Translations under genes and position numbers: made by a program | The notes under the pieces: model-generated | What the model was told of the DNA's origin: nothing | What the model saw: the letters and a program-made list of their open reading frames with translations, nothing else | Databases searched by the model: none | From: Candidatus Latescibacterota bacterium | Lineage (GTDB): Bacteria; Latescibacterota; UBA2968; UBA8231 | Direction: 5' to 3' | DNA length: 64,000 nucleotides | NCBI GenBank assembly: GCA_965206595.1 | Contig: OZ242214.1 | Location: forward strand, 4,064,001-4,128,000 | Shown here: positions 44,200 through 57,156 of the stretch, one piece after another | How the letters are laid out: each line of letters starts with the position of its first letter | Position numbering within the stretch: position 1 is the stretch's first letter

Positions 44200-45315
44200 T
44201 CATTCCAGCAGCAGGTCCGACCAGTTTGGTTGGTGCTTCTCCTCCACTATTCTCAGGATGCCGTCGCGGCATACCCGCCTCGCGCGTTTGCCCAATTCGG
44301 TGTCTGGGTTCCTAACTTGGTTGAGCTCCGTGCCATGGATTATCCTGGAAGCGAGCCCGTAGAAATCGGTCAATGTTGTACGTATCTCTCGACGCTTCTC
44401 TAGACTGGTCTCCAAATGGCGAGCTCCGGTGATTGCCAAACGGAATCCTAGCTCCCCGGCGCCTGAATTGAGATAAAGGGATTCCAAAGCTATACGAAGA
44501 TCGAAAACACGGTCTTCTGGCGAAGCCCCGGGAGTGGCGGACTGCTCCCACCGTCTGACAGCGATTCGGAATCGAGGGTCGGTTTCTATGCGTCGCTGAA
44601 GCTCCTTCACGAATGCCCAAGTCCTACTCAATAGGTTGGCATCCAGATTCGGAGAGGGCGGGTTGAAGTCCGTGATTTCGGTAGTGTTCGCTGTTGGGCT
44701 ATGCGTCGAACCTTTACCAAGCAATCTAAGTGTCATCGGGCCGGGACCGGCCAAGCCTGTGGGGGGTTTCGTTGCGAAGGCAGCGGCATCGCCGTAATCG
44801 TTCCAAGCCCACGCTACTCCCACCCGCCGGTTACACACCAGAGACAAGGCGGTCAAAAACGTGTCTACCTTCACGTCTTGCAATATCGTAAGCGTCTCCA
44901 ATGGCGGGTATTGACCTTCCTCTCGCGGCGGTTGAAAGAAAACGGGGCAAGTGTGTGCTTCGATCTCCAACACCGTATGTCCAAGCATGTTGGAAACTCT
45001 TTGCCAATGTGGACGGGGCGTTGCGGGCATTGAGAGAGGCATCCCTTCTGATGAAGTAGGCAACGAATACACTCGCAAGCCCGCAGGCAATTCGAGAGGT
45101 TGATCAACGTAAAGGCCATCCAGCACCAAGCAAATCTTGAATCGCAAAGGCTCACCACGTGCCCACCCATCAAGCAACCCGGTTGCGGCTTCTGGACCAA
45201 TAACTGCGGCGGCTCGAATGAGGGCACGTGCCAAGCCTTGCACATGTGACCTTGATTGGATCTCAACAGCATGCTCAGGAGTAGCCCTGATAACCCCACC
45301 CTCGTCACCAGCCAC
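44200..45315 (-). CDS. ApeA-like HEPN domain protein, probably 5'-truncated by IS1380
   Basis: DRVFDLRIALESLYL...GELGFRLA...DFYGLASRIIHG. Confidence 0.78.
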   Translation of the reverse strand: MAGDEGGVIRATPEHAVEIQSRSHVQGLARALIRAAAVIGPEAATGLLDGWARGEPLRFKICLVLDGLYVDQPLELPAGLRVYSLPTSSEGMPLSMPATPRPHWQRVSNMLGHTVLEIEAHTCPVFFQPPREEGQYPPLETLTILQDVKVDTFLTALSLVCNRRVGVAWAWNDYGDAAAFATKPPTGLAGPGPMTLRLLGKGSTHSPTANTTEITDFNPPSPNLDANLLSRTWAFVKELQRRIETDPRFRIAVRRWEQSATPGASPEDRVFDLRIALESLYLNSGAGELGFRLAITGARHLETSLEKRREIRTTLTDFYGLASRIIHGTELNQVRNPDTELGKRARRVCRDGILRIVEEKHQPNWSDLLLE

Positions 45316-45321
45316 CCTTAA

Positions 45322-47181
45322 CCCTTGTTATTCATGGAATTTTAGTGGAGAGGGCTGTACTGGGTGCCTCCCATGCTTAGATTTCAGAGGGAAACACAAG
45401 GCAGTATCGCCCTTTGAACCCATCACACAGTAGGACACCCAATGGGTGAATTACCGTCACACACCGAGTCCGAGCAAGCCGGGCCGATTCAGCCGTCTTT
45501 CAACCGCTCCATCCACATCGAAGCCCGCCCCACCCACCTTGGCAGCGACACCGGTGCGCTGATGTTGCGTCAACTGCTCGAACACAGCCGGGTTCTGGAT
45601 TGGGTCGACGCCCACTTCGAGGATCTCCGTACCCAAGACCAGATCACGCACCCGCTGCCGGAGCTGCTGCGCACACAGATCGTGCTGCTGGCACAGGGCT
45701 GGACCCACGCCGCCGACGCCGACGCGTTGCGCCAAGATCCGATCCTGCGTCTGGCGGTCAGCGATCGCAAAGGGCAGGCGCCGTTGCGCAGCGGCGACGA
45801 AGACCGGCCGCAGGGACTGGCCAGTCAGCCGACGCTGTCGCGCCTGCTCGAGCAAGCCTCGACTGCCTATAACCGCGAGGTGTTGGAGGAAGCCGTCCTG
45901 CGCAGCGCCCGGTCTCGTTGCCGGCTGCTGGAAGGACGGATGAAATACGAGGAGTTGGCCGTCGACATGGATGCCCTGCCGATGCCGGCGCACGGGCACC
46001 AGGCGGGGGTCGAATACAACGGCTACTTCCACGCCTCGGGGTACCATCCCCTGCTCCTCGGCTCGGCGCAGACGGGCGATTTCTTCGGTGCCGTGCTGCG
46101 GCCGGGCAACGTGCACGCCCATGAGGGTGCCTCAGAGGCTCTCGGCAAGCGCTTGGACTGGATTCAGTCGCATCTGGCCCGGCGCCTCATCCTGCGCTTC
46201 GACGCGGCCTCGGTGAGCGGGTCTTTCCTGAGTGAGCTGGAAGCGCGGGCCGACACCTCGTACGTGGCGCGCATCAAGAAGAATGCGCGCCTGGAGGAGC
46301 TGGCTCGTGCCTGGGTGGAAGGCTATCAGCAGGAGCTGGCGCAGCACCCGGAAGAGCTGCGGGAAGAGGGTTTTCGCTGTCGCGAGCTGCGCTATCAAGC
46401 CAGGTCCTGGGCGCAGCCCCGGCGGGTGGTGTTGGTCCTGGTCCCTTCCGAGACGGAAGAGCTGCCCATCGCCCGCCACTTCTTCCTGATCACCGACCAG
46501 AGTCCCCAGACGATGAGCGGCCGCGACCTGGTCGCCTTTTATCGTCAGCGCGGCCTTTTCGAGCGCATGCTCGGCGAGTTGAGCTCCACCCTCCAGCCTC
46601 AGCTCTCCTCTACCACCCGTCGCAAGCAACACTACCGGGGTCGAGAGCCGCGTCAGCGCACCCCGTCCCGGGATGCCTTCGCTGCCAACCAGGCGCTTCT
46701 GACCTTGAACCTGCTGGCCTACAACCTGCTTCACCTGGGCCGCCAGGCCGCCGAACGCGCCGAGGCCCGACGCGGGCGGCCCCGCACATACGGACGCTCG
46801 ACGACGGCCCTGAGCCTGGACAGTTTTCGACGGCGCTACCTGCGCCTGCCGTCCCGCGTCACCTTGCATGGGCGCAGGGTGGGCGTCATCCTGACCCAAG
46901 GGACGGCGGCTGCCTGGGATCGTCTGTGGAGATTTCTGGCCACGCTCAAACCGGTGGACGCGGCGATGGCGTAAGCGCAGGCCGGGTCGGTCGGGATGAT
47001 GGGCTCGCAAAGGCAAGCGTCTTCGAGAAGGCGTGTACAATTTCAACAAGGTCGGTAGAGATAAGGAGACGGCTCTACCCAAAAAGCCGACTATAGAAGG
47101 GACGCAAGCCTCTGAGGCTAAGCAAAGGGGTCTCGGAAGCGCCTATGTCCGCTTATGCGCGGGTTGAATGAATAACAAAGG
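45322..47181 (+). mobile_element. IS1380-family element, transposase 45442..46974
   Basis: IRs CCCTTGTTATTCAT / ATGAATAACAAAGG; flanks TTAA / TTGA; SDTGALML, LASQPTLSRL, HGHQAGVEYNGY, FYRQRGLFE. Confidence 0.92.
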
Positions 47182-47246
47182 TTGACAGAGAGGAATTCCG
47201 CGCGGCCAGTGAAAGGTACAATGTCTCGATCCTGTTGTTCTCGGGA

Positions 47247-48674
47247 GGGCATTGTCCCGATCTTAGTTGAAACAGCACAGGCTCCTCTCGCTACCTTGGT
47301 ACGGGAAGTTTTTGCGGAAAACCTCGTATCAGGTAACAGAAAGGAGCCTGCCATGAGCAAGCTATCAGGACCCCGGAAGCAGGTCAAACGCAGCCTGGAA
47401 ATCGGCCCCGTGAATGCGGAGGCCGCCGCCCTTACCGGCGATCTGGATACGCGCATCGAGGGGATCCAATGCCTGATTCCTTTGGGTCTGCAAGCCGTCG
47501 CCGAGGAATTGCAACGGGCGGTCGAGGAGTTGGCCGGGCCGCGCTATCAGCGCAAGGGGGCCGAGCAGCCGGTGCGCCGCTGGGGATCTCAGTCCGGATC
47601 GGTGTATCTGGGCGATCAGAAACTGAGGGTCGAGGTGCCGCGGGTGCGCAATGTGGCCAGCCGGACCGAGGTGCCGCTGGCGGCCTACCCGGCCCTGCAG
47701 AGGCCCCGGAACCAGGACGAGGGTCTGTTGCTGCGCGTGTTGAAAGGGATCGCCACGCGCGACTACGAGGCCTGCGCCGAGGCCGTCCCGGCCGCCTTCG
47801 GCCGGTCCGGTTCCTCGGTGTCGCGCCGCTACGTGAAAGGCACGGCGCGAAAGCTGGCCGAATTCCAGGAGCGATCCCTGGAAGGATACGATCTGGTGGC
47901 GCTGTTTCTCGACGGCAAGAGCTTCGCCGACGAGGAGATCCTCATCGCCTTGGGCGTCACCCTGGACGGACACAAGATTCCGCTGGGCTTCGTGCAGGCG
48001 GCCACCGAGAACGAGCGCGTCTGCCGGCGCTTCCTGTCCGATCTGGTCGAACGAGGCTTGCAGTATGAAGCCGGACTGCTGGTCGTCCTCGACGGCGGCA
48101 AGGGTCTGTACAAGGCGGTGCGGTCGGTGCTGAAAGGGCATGCCTGCGTGCAGCGCTGCCAGTATCACAAGCGCCAGAACGTCGTCTCGTATCTGCCCAA
48201 GAGCGAGCAGGCCCGGATCCGTCACAAAATGGAAGCGGCCTACGGGCAAGCGACGTACGAGGAGGCCAAGGCTGCCCTGGAGGCGCTCAAACCGGGCTTG
48301 GAGCTGACGAACCAGTCCGCCCTGCACAGCCTCGAGGAAGGCCTGGAAGAGACCCTCACCCTGCACCGCTTGGGAGTGATGCCGATGTTGAAGAATTCCT
48401 TCCGTACCACCAACTGTATCGAGAACGTCAACGGTCTTCTGGGGCAGTTGACGCACAACGTCCGGCGCTGGAGCAACTCATCGCAGCGTCACCGCTGGGT
48501 AGCCACGGCGCTGTTGGACATCGAACCGCGTCTGCGCCGGGTCAAGGGCTACCGTCACTTACCGACGATGCGGCACGCCCTGCAGGCCGAGCTCGGTATC
48601 AAACAGCTCGCTATGACGGGCTGATCTATTCAACCGAGCCTGTGCTTTGTTTCAACTGAAAATGGGACTTGCCC
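47247..48674 (+). mobile_element. IS256-family element, transposase 47353..48624
   Basis: About 39-bp imperfect IR (GGGCA..GTCCC...AGTTGAAACA..GCACAGGCTC); LFLDGK, VLDGGKGL, QRCQYHK, RTTNCIENVN. Confidence 0.93.
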
Positions 48675-48679
48675 CCCCC

Positions 48680-51600
48680 ACCATCAGACCAGGCCGAATC
48701 AGACAACGAAGAGGAATCCGACAAGACGCTGACGCTGGGGTTTGGTGATGCGCTGCCGGTGGGAGTGAGGTCCGGCACGCCTTCCACGGCGACGGTGACG
48801 CTTTCCGAATCGGGGACGCCGTCGGGTGCCATACCCGACACCCTGACCGCGGGCCTTGGCGCCAATTCAACCACCGCGGGTCAGATCCGGGTGGTATGGG
48901 ACGCGTCGACGGATATGACGGTGAGCGGGTATACGCTGCGCTTCGAGATCGGCGATGCCGCCGCCCTGAACAACGAGGGCGATCCGATCTGGGCATGGCC
49001 CGGTACCTGGAACCTGTGTCCGCTGCCGGCTTTGGGGGTCGACTCGACGGGGTTCACGCATCGGGACCTGCAGGCGTGGCGGCGCTACCGCTACCAGGTG
49101 CAGGCGACGAACCCTCACGGCGACAGCGAGTGGTCGGAGAGTTTCCCGCCGTCGGGGGTGACCCCGGTACCGAACAAGGCGGCGGCGGGCGACGTATCCG
49201 TCGAGCCATCCGAGCAATCCTCGGAGGAATCGGAGAAGAAATGGGAGGTGGAGTTCATCGTCTTGGAATGCTCCCGCCCGCCTTGCGAGCAGGAGGAGTT
49301 CGAGCCGTTTCCGGACCCCGACTCCGACCCCGACCTCCCGCCGGACTCCGGCCCTGCGTTTCCGATCGATTTTGAGGTTCTGGTGAATAGCGGGGGCGTG
49401 TTAGGGGCTTATCGTCTCGCCTCCCCTTTCAGCGGGGCGCCAGGAGGTGGAGCCTCCGGGGCCAGGGGCGCCTCCAGTGATGGAGCGACGGCGACCTCGG
49501 TGCGGGTGGAGGCGGCAGGCGACACGGTGCGGGTGTCGGGCCTGGCCGACACGGTAGTGCACCAGATCCGGGTGCGGCTGGTCAACGCCGACGGGGTGCC
49601 GGGCGAGGCGTCGGACTCGCTGGCGGTGGTACCCTTGCGGGCGCAGGCCGGCGCCGGGCAGGTGACGCTGAGCTGGGACGATCCGGGCAACGACACCCTC
49701 GAGGAATGGCAGTATCGGCAGCAGCGGGGCAGCAGCTTGTGGGGAGCGTGGCAGGACGTGCCCGGCAGCACGGCGTCGGCGACGTCGCACACGGTTACGG
49801 GCCTGACGAACGGGGAGACCTACGGGTTCCAGGTGCGGGGGGTGTACGAGCTGGCGGCGGGGAACTACCGGGCCGGAGCGGTCTCGTTCTCCCGCCAAGT
49901 GACGCTGCCCGACGTCCCGGATTCCCCGGGTAACCTGACGGCGGCCCCGGGCGACGCTCAGGTGTCTCTGACGTGGCAGACGCCTTCGGACAACGGCTCG
50001 CCCCTTACGGGGTATGAGTATCGTCACAGCGCCGCCGGGGCGGTCACGTGGTCTCCGGACTGGGGGGATATACCGGGCAGCGATGGGTCGACGACGCGCC
50101 ACACGGTGCGCGACCTGAGCAACGATACGGAGTACAGCTTCGAGGTGCGCGCCGTCAACGGGGCGGGGGCGGGGGCCTCCGCGAGCGACACGGCGACGCC
50201 GGCGAGGCCGGACACGCGCGGCCGGGTGGAGTGGAGCACGACTCAGCCGCGGGTGGGTCAGGAGCTGACGCCGACGCTCATCGACCCGGACACCCCCGCG
50301 CTGGCAGAGGCGCGCTGGCGCTGGCGCCGGTTGGGGTGGCTTCGGTCCGATGACGGCGATTCGCTGTCGGCGCCGGCCCCTGAGTCGCGCTCCGGTGAAT
50401 CGAAACTAGGAGTGATCGCCCGCACGCGTCAGTATAGGCCCCGGGTGAGCGATCTCAATCAGTGGTTGCGGGTTGAAGCGAGGCCGGACACTTAGTACCG
50501 ACGACTTCGCGCGGGCACCGGGTAACGCGCGACGACCCCCGCGCTCAGAGGCGCGCTGGCGCTGGCGCCGGTTGGGGTGGCTTCGGTCCGATGACGGCGA
50601 TTCGCTGTCGGCGCCGGCCCCTGAGTCGCGCTCCGGTGAATCGAAACTAGGAGTGATCGCCCGCACGCGTCAGTATAGGCCCCGGGTGAGCGATCTCAAT
50701 CAGTGGTTGCGGGTTGAAGTCACTTATACCGACGACTTCGGCGGGCACCGGGTAAGCGCGACGACGTCGAGGGCGGTGGGACCGGGCCCGCCGTGCGCCC
50801 CCGCCAACCTGAAGGCGGCGCCCGGCGACGGGCAGGTGACGCTGACCTGGGAGGCGGGCTGCGACAACGGGCAGACTATCGACAGGTATCAATACCGTCG
50901 TCTGGACGTGCGGAAATGGGTGCGGGTGCCCGGGGACGGCTCGGCCCGTCGTCAGCAGGTGACGGGCCTGACCAACGGGGAGGCGCACACGTTCGAGGTG
51001 CGGGCGGGGAACCGGCAGGAGTGGGGTCCTGCCGCCCAGGCCACGGCCACGCCCGCGGCGGCGGAGTCTCCTCCTCCCCCGCCGCCGCTGACGGTCACCT
51101 ACGAAGCGTCGTCCTACTCGGCGCAGGAAGGGGGCGAGGCGGCGACGGTGACGGTGCGGCTGTCGCCGTCTGCGGACGCGCTTGTGAACATCCCGATTTC
51201 GGTGACCCCGGGTGCGGAGACCGAGGAAGACGACTTCACGGTGGCCGGGCTGACGGACGGGGGGCTGTCGTTCGCACCGGAGGCGGACGAAGCGACGTTC
51301 ACGATCACGGCGTCCGAGGATGCGGACACGGTCGACGAGACGGTGACATTGGGTTTCGGCACGCCGCTGCCGGAGGGGGTGAGCGCCGGCACGACCGCAG
51401 AGGCGGTGGTGTCTCTTGTCGACGACGACGATACGCCCGGGGAGGTGACGGTTAGACCGGAGACGGCGCAGGTGGGCACGGAGCTGACGGCGACGCTGAG
51501 CGACGCGGACGAGGTGGCAGAGGTGACGGGCTGGCAGTGGCATCGGCGGGCCTCGGATCAGGCGGCCTGGACCGCGGTTTCGGGGGCGACGGCGGCGGCG

Positions 51601-54600
51601 TACACGCCGGTGTCGTCCGATGCAGGGCAGTACCTGCAGGCGACGGTGGGCTACACGGACGGGCACGGCCCGGACAAGAGCGCCGCGAGCGCGGCCATCG
51701 GCCCGGTGGCAGAATCCCCGGAGCCGCCGGACCTGACGGTCTCGTTCGATAGGGAATCGTATTCGGCGAGTGAAGGAGGCACCGCATCGGTGACGGTATC
51801 GGTATCTCCGGCGACGGACCGGGCGCTGAAGATCCCGATTTCGGTGACCCCGGATTCGGAGACCGAGGAAGGCGACTACACGGTGACGTGGCCGGGGGTG
51901 GCCGACACGCTGTGGTTCGAGTCGGGGGCCACGGCGCAGTCGTTTGCGATTCAGGCGAACGCGGATCCCGATTCAGACGACGAGACGGTGAGCCTGGGGT
52001 TCGGGACGCCGTTGCCGGCCGGGGTGAGCGCGGGCACGCCGTCGCGCGCCACCCTGACCCTGGGCGAGCGCCCGACCGGCGCCCTGGTGATTGTGGGCAC
52101 CCAGGATACCACCTTCGCCGAGGGCGGCACGGGGATCGTGGCCCCGTACCGGGCGCTCTCCGCGGACGGGCAGGCGGTCGCGCCGGTGTCCTGGTCCCTC
52201 GGGGGGGCCGATGCCGACACCCTGACGATCGACGCTGCGGGCCGGCTCCGCTTCGAGGAGCCGCCGGACTACGAGAATCCGGCCGACGCCAACCGGGACA
52301 CGGTCTACGAGGTGACGGTGGAGGCCGACGCCGACGGTCAGCCGCCGGCGGATGCGGCCTTGCCGGTGTCGGTGCGGGTGACCGACGTGGACGATCCCGG
52401 CGAGGTGACCCTGATCTCGTCGTCGCCGCGGGTGGGCACGCCGCTGACCGCGGTGCTCACCGATCAGGATGGGGGTATCCGGGAGGACGGGTGGCATTGG
52501 CAGCACCGGGACCGGGATACGGACGCGTGGGAGCCTCCCCTGCCGGCGGGGCGCTATCCGGGGCTGACCAGCTATACGCCGCAGGCAGGGAATGCCGGCA
52601 AGCGGCTGCGGGCGACGGTCGGCTATGCGGATGCCCTCGGCCCGGACAAGCGCGCGCAGAGCGATTCCACCGCCCGGGTGATTCATGCGCAGGTCTTCTT
52701 CGGCGCCGAGTCGTACCAGGCGGCCGAGGGGGGCGCTGCGGCGACGGTGACGGTGCGCATGGAACCGGCCGCGGACCGGCAGCTGGGCATTCCGATCGAG
52801 GCGACCGGGGAAGCCGGCACCGAGTCGGACGACTACAGCCTGGGGGGGCTGGGCAGCGGCAACACCCTGACCTTCTCGGACGGCGACGTCGCGCGGACGT
52901 TCACGATCACGGCGAAACCGGACGGCGACGGCGACGACGGGAGGGTGAGGCTGGGGTTCGGTTCGCTGCCCTGGCAGGTGACCGCCGGCTCCCCGGCCGG
53001 CGCTGCGGTGACCCTGGTGGAGCCGGCGACCAACTCGCCGCCCAATCCCCCGGACGGTCCCACCGCGGTGTCGTTCGCCGAGAACGGCACGGCCGCGGTG
53101 GCCAGCTACCGGCTGAGCGATCCGGATGCGGGGGATGCGCTTGCGTTGCAGAAGGAGGGGGGCGCGGATTCGAGTTCATTCCGGGTCGACGCCGTCAGGC
53201 TGTATTTCAAGAGCGCGCCGGATTTCGAGGGCACCGCCGACGCGGACCGCAACGACGTCTACGAGGTCAGCCTGCGCACGCACGACGGGTCGCTGCCGTC
53301 GGAGCCGGTGACGGTGTCGGTGACGGTGACGAACGTGGAGGAGGGGCCCGGCCGGATCGAGTTTCTCACGGGGACGCCCCAGGTGGACGTGCGGGTGAGG
53401 GGGACGCTCACCGACCCGGACGGGAACGTGGACGTGCGTTCGCAGCAGTGGCAGCGTCTGGGCTCGTCGGGCTGGGAGCCCATCACCCCGGATGAGGAAA
53501 CGCGGACACCTCCCTCCACCTATCCGGGATATGTCTATTACACGCCGACGGAGGACGATGTGGGGAAGCCGCTGCGGGTGACCGCCTCCTACCTGGACGG
53601 GGCAAGCGCCGACGAGGAGGACCTCAAGAGCGCGCAGAGCGGTGAAACGCATCCGGTGGCGCACCCTCCCCTGACGGTTGCCTTCAGCAGCGCCTCGTAC
53701 CAGGCGAGTGAAGGGGGCAGTGCGGCGACGGTGACGGTGCGGCTGTCGCCGGCCTCCCCGGGCCAGGTGAGCATCCCGATCGAAGTGAACCCGGGCTCGG
53801 GCACCGAGTCGGGGGACTACTCGGTCACGGGCCTGACCGACGGCGCCCTGAGGTTCGCGGAGGGCGACCGGACGAAGTCGTTTACGATCGCGGCCGACTG
53901 GGACAGCGACCACGCCAACGAGACGGTGAGTCTGGGCTTCGGCTCCACCCTGCCGGAAGGGGTGAGCCCCGGCACGCCGTCCCGCGCCACGATGACCTTG
54001 GCGGACGTCAACCGCCCGCCGGTGATTTCCGGGCCGGAGTCCCAGCCGGTGCCGGAAAACCGCACGACCGTGGCCACGTACAGGGCCAGGGACCCGGAAG
54101 GGGACTCGGTCACCTGGTCGGACAGCGGCGACGATGCGGGCGATTTCACCATCGCGGGCGGCGCCCTGAGCTTCGATCCGGCGCCCGACTACGAGCGCCC
54201 GGCCGACGCGGGCGGCAACAACGTCTACGCCGTCACCGTGGAGGCGACCGACGACGGCGGCCAATCGGGGACCCGGCCGGTGACGGTGACGGTGACCAAC
54301 GTGGACGAGCCCGGCCGGTTGACCGTGGACTCGACGCCGCAGGTGGGCACGCCTGCGACCGCGGTGCTCACCGATCCGGATGGGGGCATCCAAGTGGAGA
54401 GTTGGCATTGGCAGTGGAGGGCCCGGGATACGGACCCCTGGGAGCCCCCCCTGCCGGCGGGACGCTATCCGGGGCTGACCAGCTTTACGCCGCAAGCCGA
54501 GCATGTGGGAAAGCGGCTGCGGGCCACGGTCGGCTACACCGACGCCCAGGGTCCGGACAAAAGCGCCCAGAGCGCGGCGACCCACCCGGTACCCCCCCCC

Positions 54601-56745
54601 GCCGCTGACGGTTACCTTCAGCAGCTCTTCGTACCAGGCCACGGAAGGGGGCGATGGGCGGACCGTGACGGTGCGGCTGTCGCCGGCCGCCCACCAGCAG
54701 GTGAGTATCCGGATCGAGGTGAACCCGGGTTCGGGCACCGAGTCGGGCGACTACCGCGTGAGCGGCCTGACCAACGGCGCCCTGAGGTTCGCGGAGGGCG
54801 ACCGAACGAAGTCGTTCACGATCACGGCCAACCGGGACAGCGACCGCGACGACGAGTCCGTGAGCCTGGGCTTCGGCACCCTGCCTTCGGGGGTGAGCGC
54901 CGGCTCGCCGGCCCGCGCCACGGTGACCCTGGTGGACGTCAACCGCCCGCCGGTGATTTCCGGGCCGGAGTCCCAGTCGGTGCCCGAGAAGCGCACGGCG
55001 GTGGCCTCCTATAGGGTCAGCGACCCGGACGGCGATGCGACCCGCTGGTTGACCCTGACGGTACGAATGCCGGCGCCTTCACGTTCACCGGGGGCGCCTT
55101 GCGCTTCGTCCGCGCCCCGGACTACGAGAGCGATCCCCGCCGCTACGAGGTCACCGTGCGGGCCACCGATGGAGAGCGGCCCACCGACTATCCGGTGACG
55201 GTGACGGTGACCAACGTGGACGAGGCCGGCTCGGTGTCCCTGTCGACGACGCGCCCCCAGGTGGGCCAACGCCTGCTTGCGGAGTTGACCGACCCGGACG
55301 GAGGCGTGACCGGGGCCTCCTGGCGCTGGCAGCGGTTGCCACCCGGACCCGGTTCGCGGCAGCCGGAGTCCTCGACCGAGAGCGTGAGGGCGCCGGGCTC
55401 GACGTCGCCGCCGTACACGCCCACGTCGCAGGACGCCGGGCTGGTGCTGCGGGCGCGGGTGGACTACGACGACGCCCACGGGCCGGGCAAGGCGGCGGCC
55501 AGCGGCGAGACCGCCCCGGTGGTCACCGTGCCGTCGGTGCCGAGGGATTTCACCGCAGAAGCCGGCAACAGGCAGGTGGCGCTGTCGTGGCGGGCGCCGG
55601 TCTCCGACGGCGGCCTGTCCCTGACGGGCTACGAGTACCGGCGCCGGGCCGGCGGCTCCTGGTCGGGCTGGACCGGGGTGGGCACGAATACGACCCGGAC
55701 GGTGACCGGGCTGAGCAACGGCACTCGCTACCGCTTCGAGGTGCGGGCGCGCAACGCGGCCGGGGCGGGTGCGGCGGCCAGCGCCTCGGCGACCCCGGTC
55801 CAGCCCAACCGGGCCCCGTATTTCACCCGGGGGCCCACCAGCGTCTCCTTCGCCGAGAACGGCAGCGGCCCGGTGGGCCGGTACACGGCCAGGGACCCGG
55901 ACGGCGACGCCATCACCTGGTCGAGGACGGGTACGGAGGCGAGCGCTTTCCAGCTGGAGGGGACCGGCACGACGCGCACCCTCACCTTCGACACGGCGCC
56001 CGACTACGAGGCCGGGAGGTCCCACCAGGTGACCCTCGAGGTCAGCGACGGGTCGCTGCAGGCGGAGCGAACGGTGAGGGTGAGGGTAACCGACGAGCCC
56101 GAGCCGCCGGACCCGCCCTCCGGGGTGAGGGTGAGCGCGCCGGACAACATGGGCCATGAGCGCCTGGAGGTGAGCTGGACGGCCCCGGACAACCGCGGCC
56201 GGCCGGCGCTCAGCGGCAACGACGTGCACTACTGCAAGACCAACGAGGTCTTCTTTTGCGACAGCTACGGCATCTGGTCCTCGCTGACGGCCGGCGGCTC
56301 GGCCACCGGCACCCTGCTGACCGGGCTGTCGGCCCACACCGGCTACACCGTGCGGGTGCGGGCCCGCAACGCCGAAGGCACCAGCGGCTGGTCGGCGCGG
56401 GCCACCGGCCGCACCCGCTCGGCCGCGGCCAAGGCCCTGGCCGGGCAGCTGGCAAGGACCGGGATGAAAGGACTGGCCGCCCTGGCCGCGCCCAACCCCT
56501 TCAACCCCAGCACCACCCTCTATTTCCAGCTGACCGAAACCGGGGAGGCCTCCCTGGTCGTCTACAGCCTCGCCGGGCAGGTGGTCAAAACCCTGATACC
56601 CAACCGCACCCTGAAAGCCGGAATACACCGGGTGGACTGGGAGGGACAAGACCAGCAGGGACGCCCCGTGGCCGCCGGCGTCTACCTCTACCGGCTCGCC
56701 GCCGGAGATCAGGCCATCGTGCGAAAAATGACCCTGTTGAGATGA
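48680..56745 (+). pseudogene. Giant repetitive surface protein (FN3, cadherin-like, Calx-beta-like repeats, C-terminal FlgD-Ig/CTD), 5'-truncated by IS256, three frame breaks
   Basis: FN3 (GDGQVTLTW...YEYR...LTNG..YFEVRA), cadherin-like (PDYENPADAN.D.VYEVTV), APNPFNPSTT...GVYLYRL; breaks near 50480-50545, 54600 and 55058. Confidence 0.88.
50305..50787 (+). repeat. 241-bp-period tandem duplication inside the surface-protein gene
   Basis: 50305-50479 is identical to 50546-50719 apart from the edge; the junction between them is scrambled. Confidence 0.9.
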
Positions 56746-57156
56746 CAGGAGCATTGGCTGATGCAGGCATCACGCCACACGTCAGGGGCAGCTGAGGACA
56801 CGACGGCGGAAGTGGACGAGGCTAATCGATTCTTCTTCGTCCTGTCTCCGGCGGCCCTGACGTTGGGCTGATTGCCCGAGCCGGGCCCGTCCGAGACCCA
56901 CGCAGGACGGGCTCGGCGATCGCTTCGGTATCCGACCGGAATCAGCGGTAACCTTTTTATCCAGCAAGGCCGAGTTCGGGTGGATCCTGAGTTTCGGCTG
57001 CGGGAGTAGGGAGTCTCCCCCCGATTGTCCGCCCGCCTTCAAGGCTGCGGGAGGCCGGTGCTCCGGTCCGATCTCTTGCGGCCTGCGCCGACTGCCCTTC
57101 CTTTCTTTTCCGCCTTCCAGCGGTACTGAAGTCTCCCCGCAACCTGATTCCTCCGG

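Noticed and set aside
45322-48674. IS1380 plus IS256 as a composite transposon
   Set aside because: Different families, only 65 bp between them, and no shared flanking duplication
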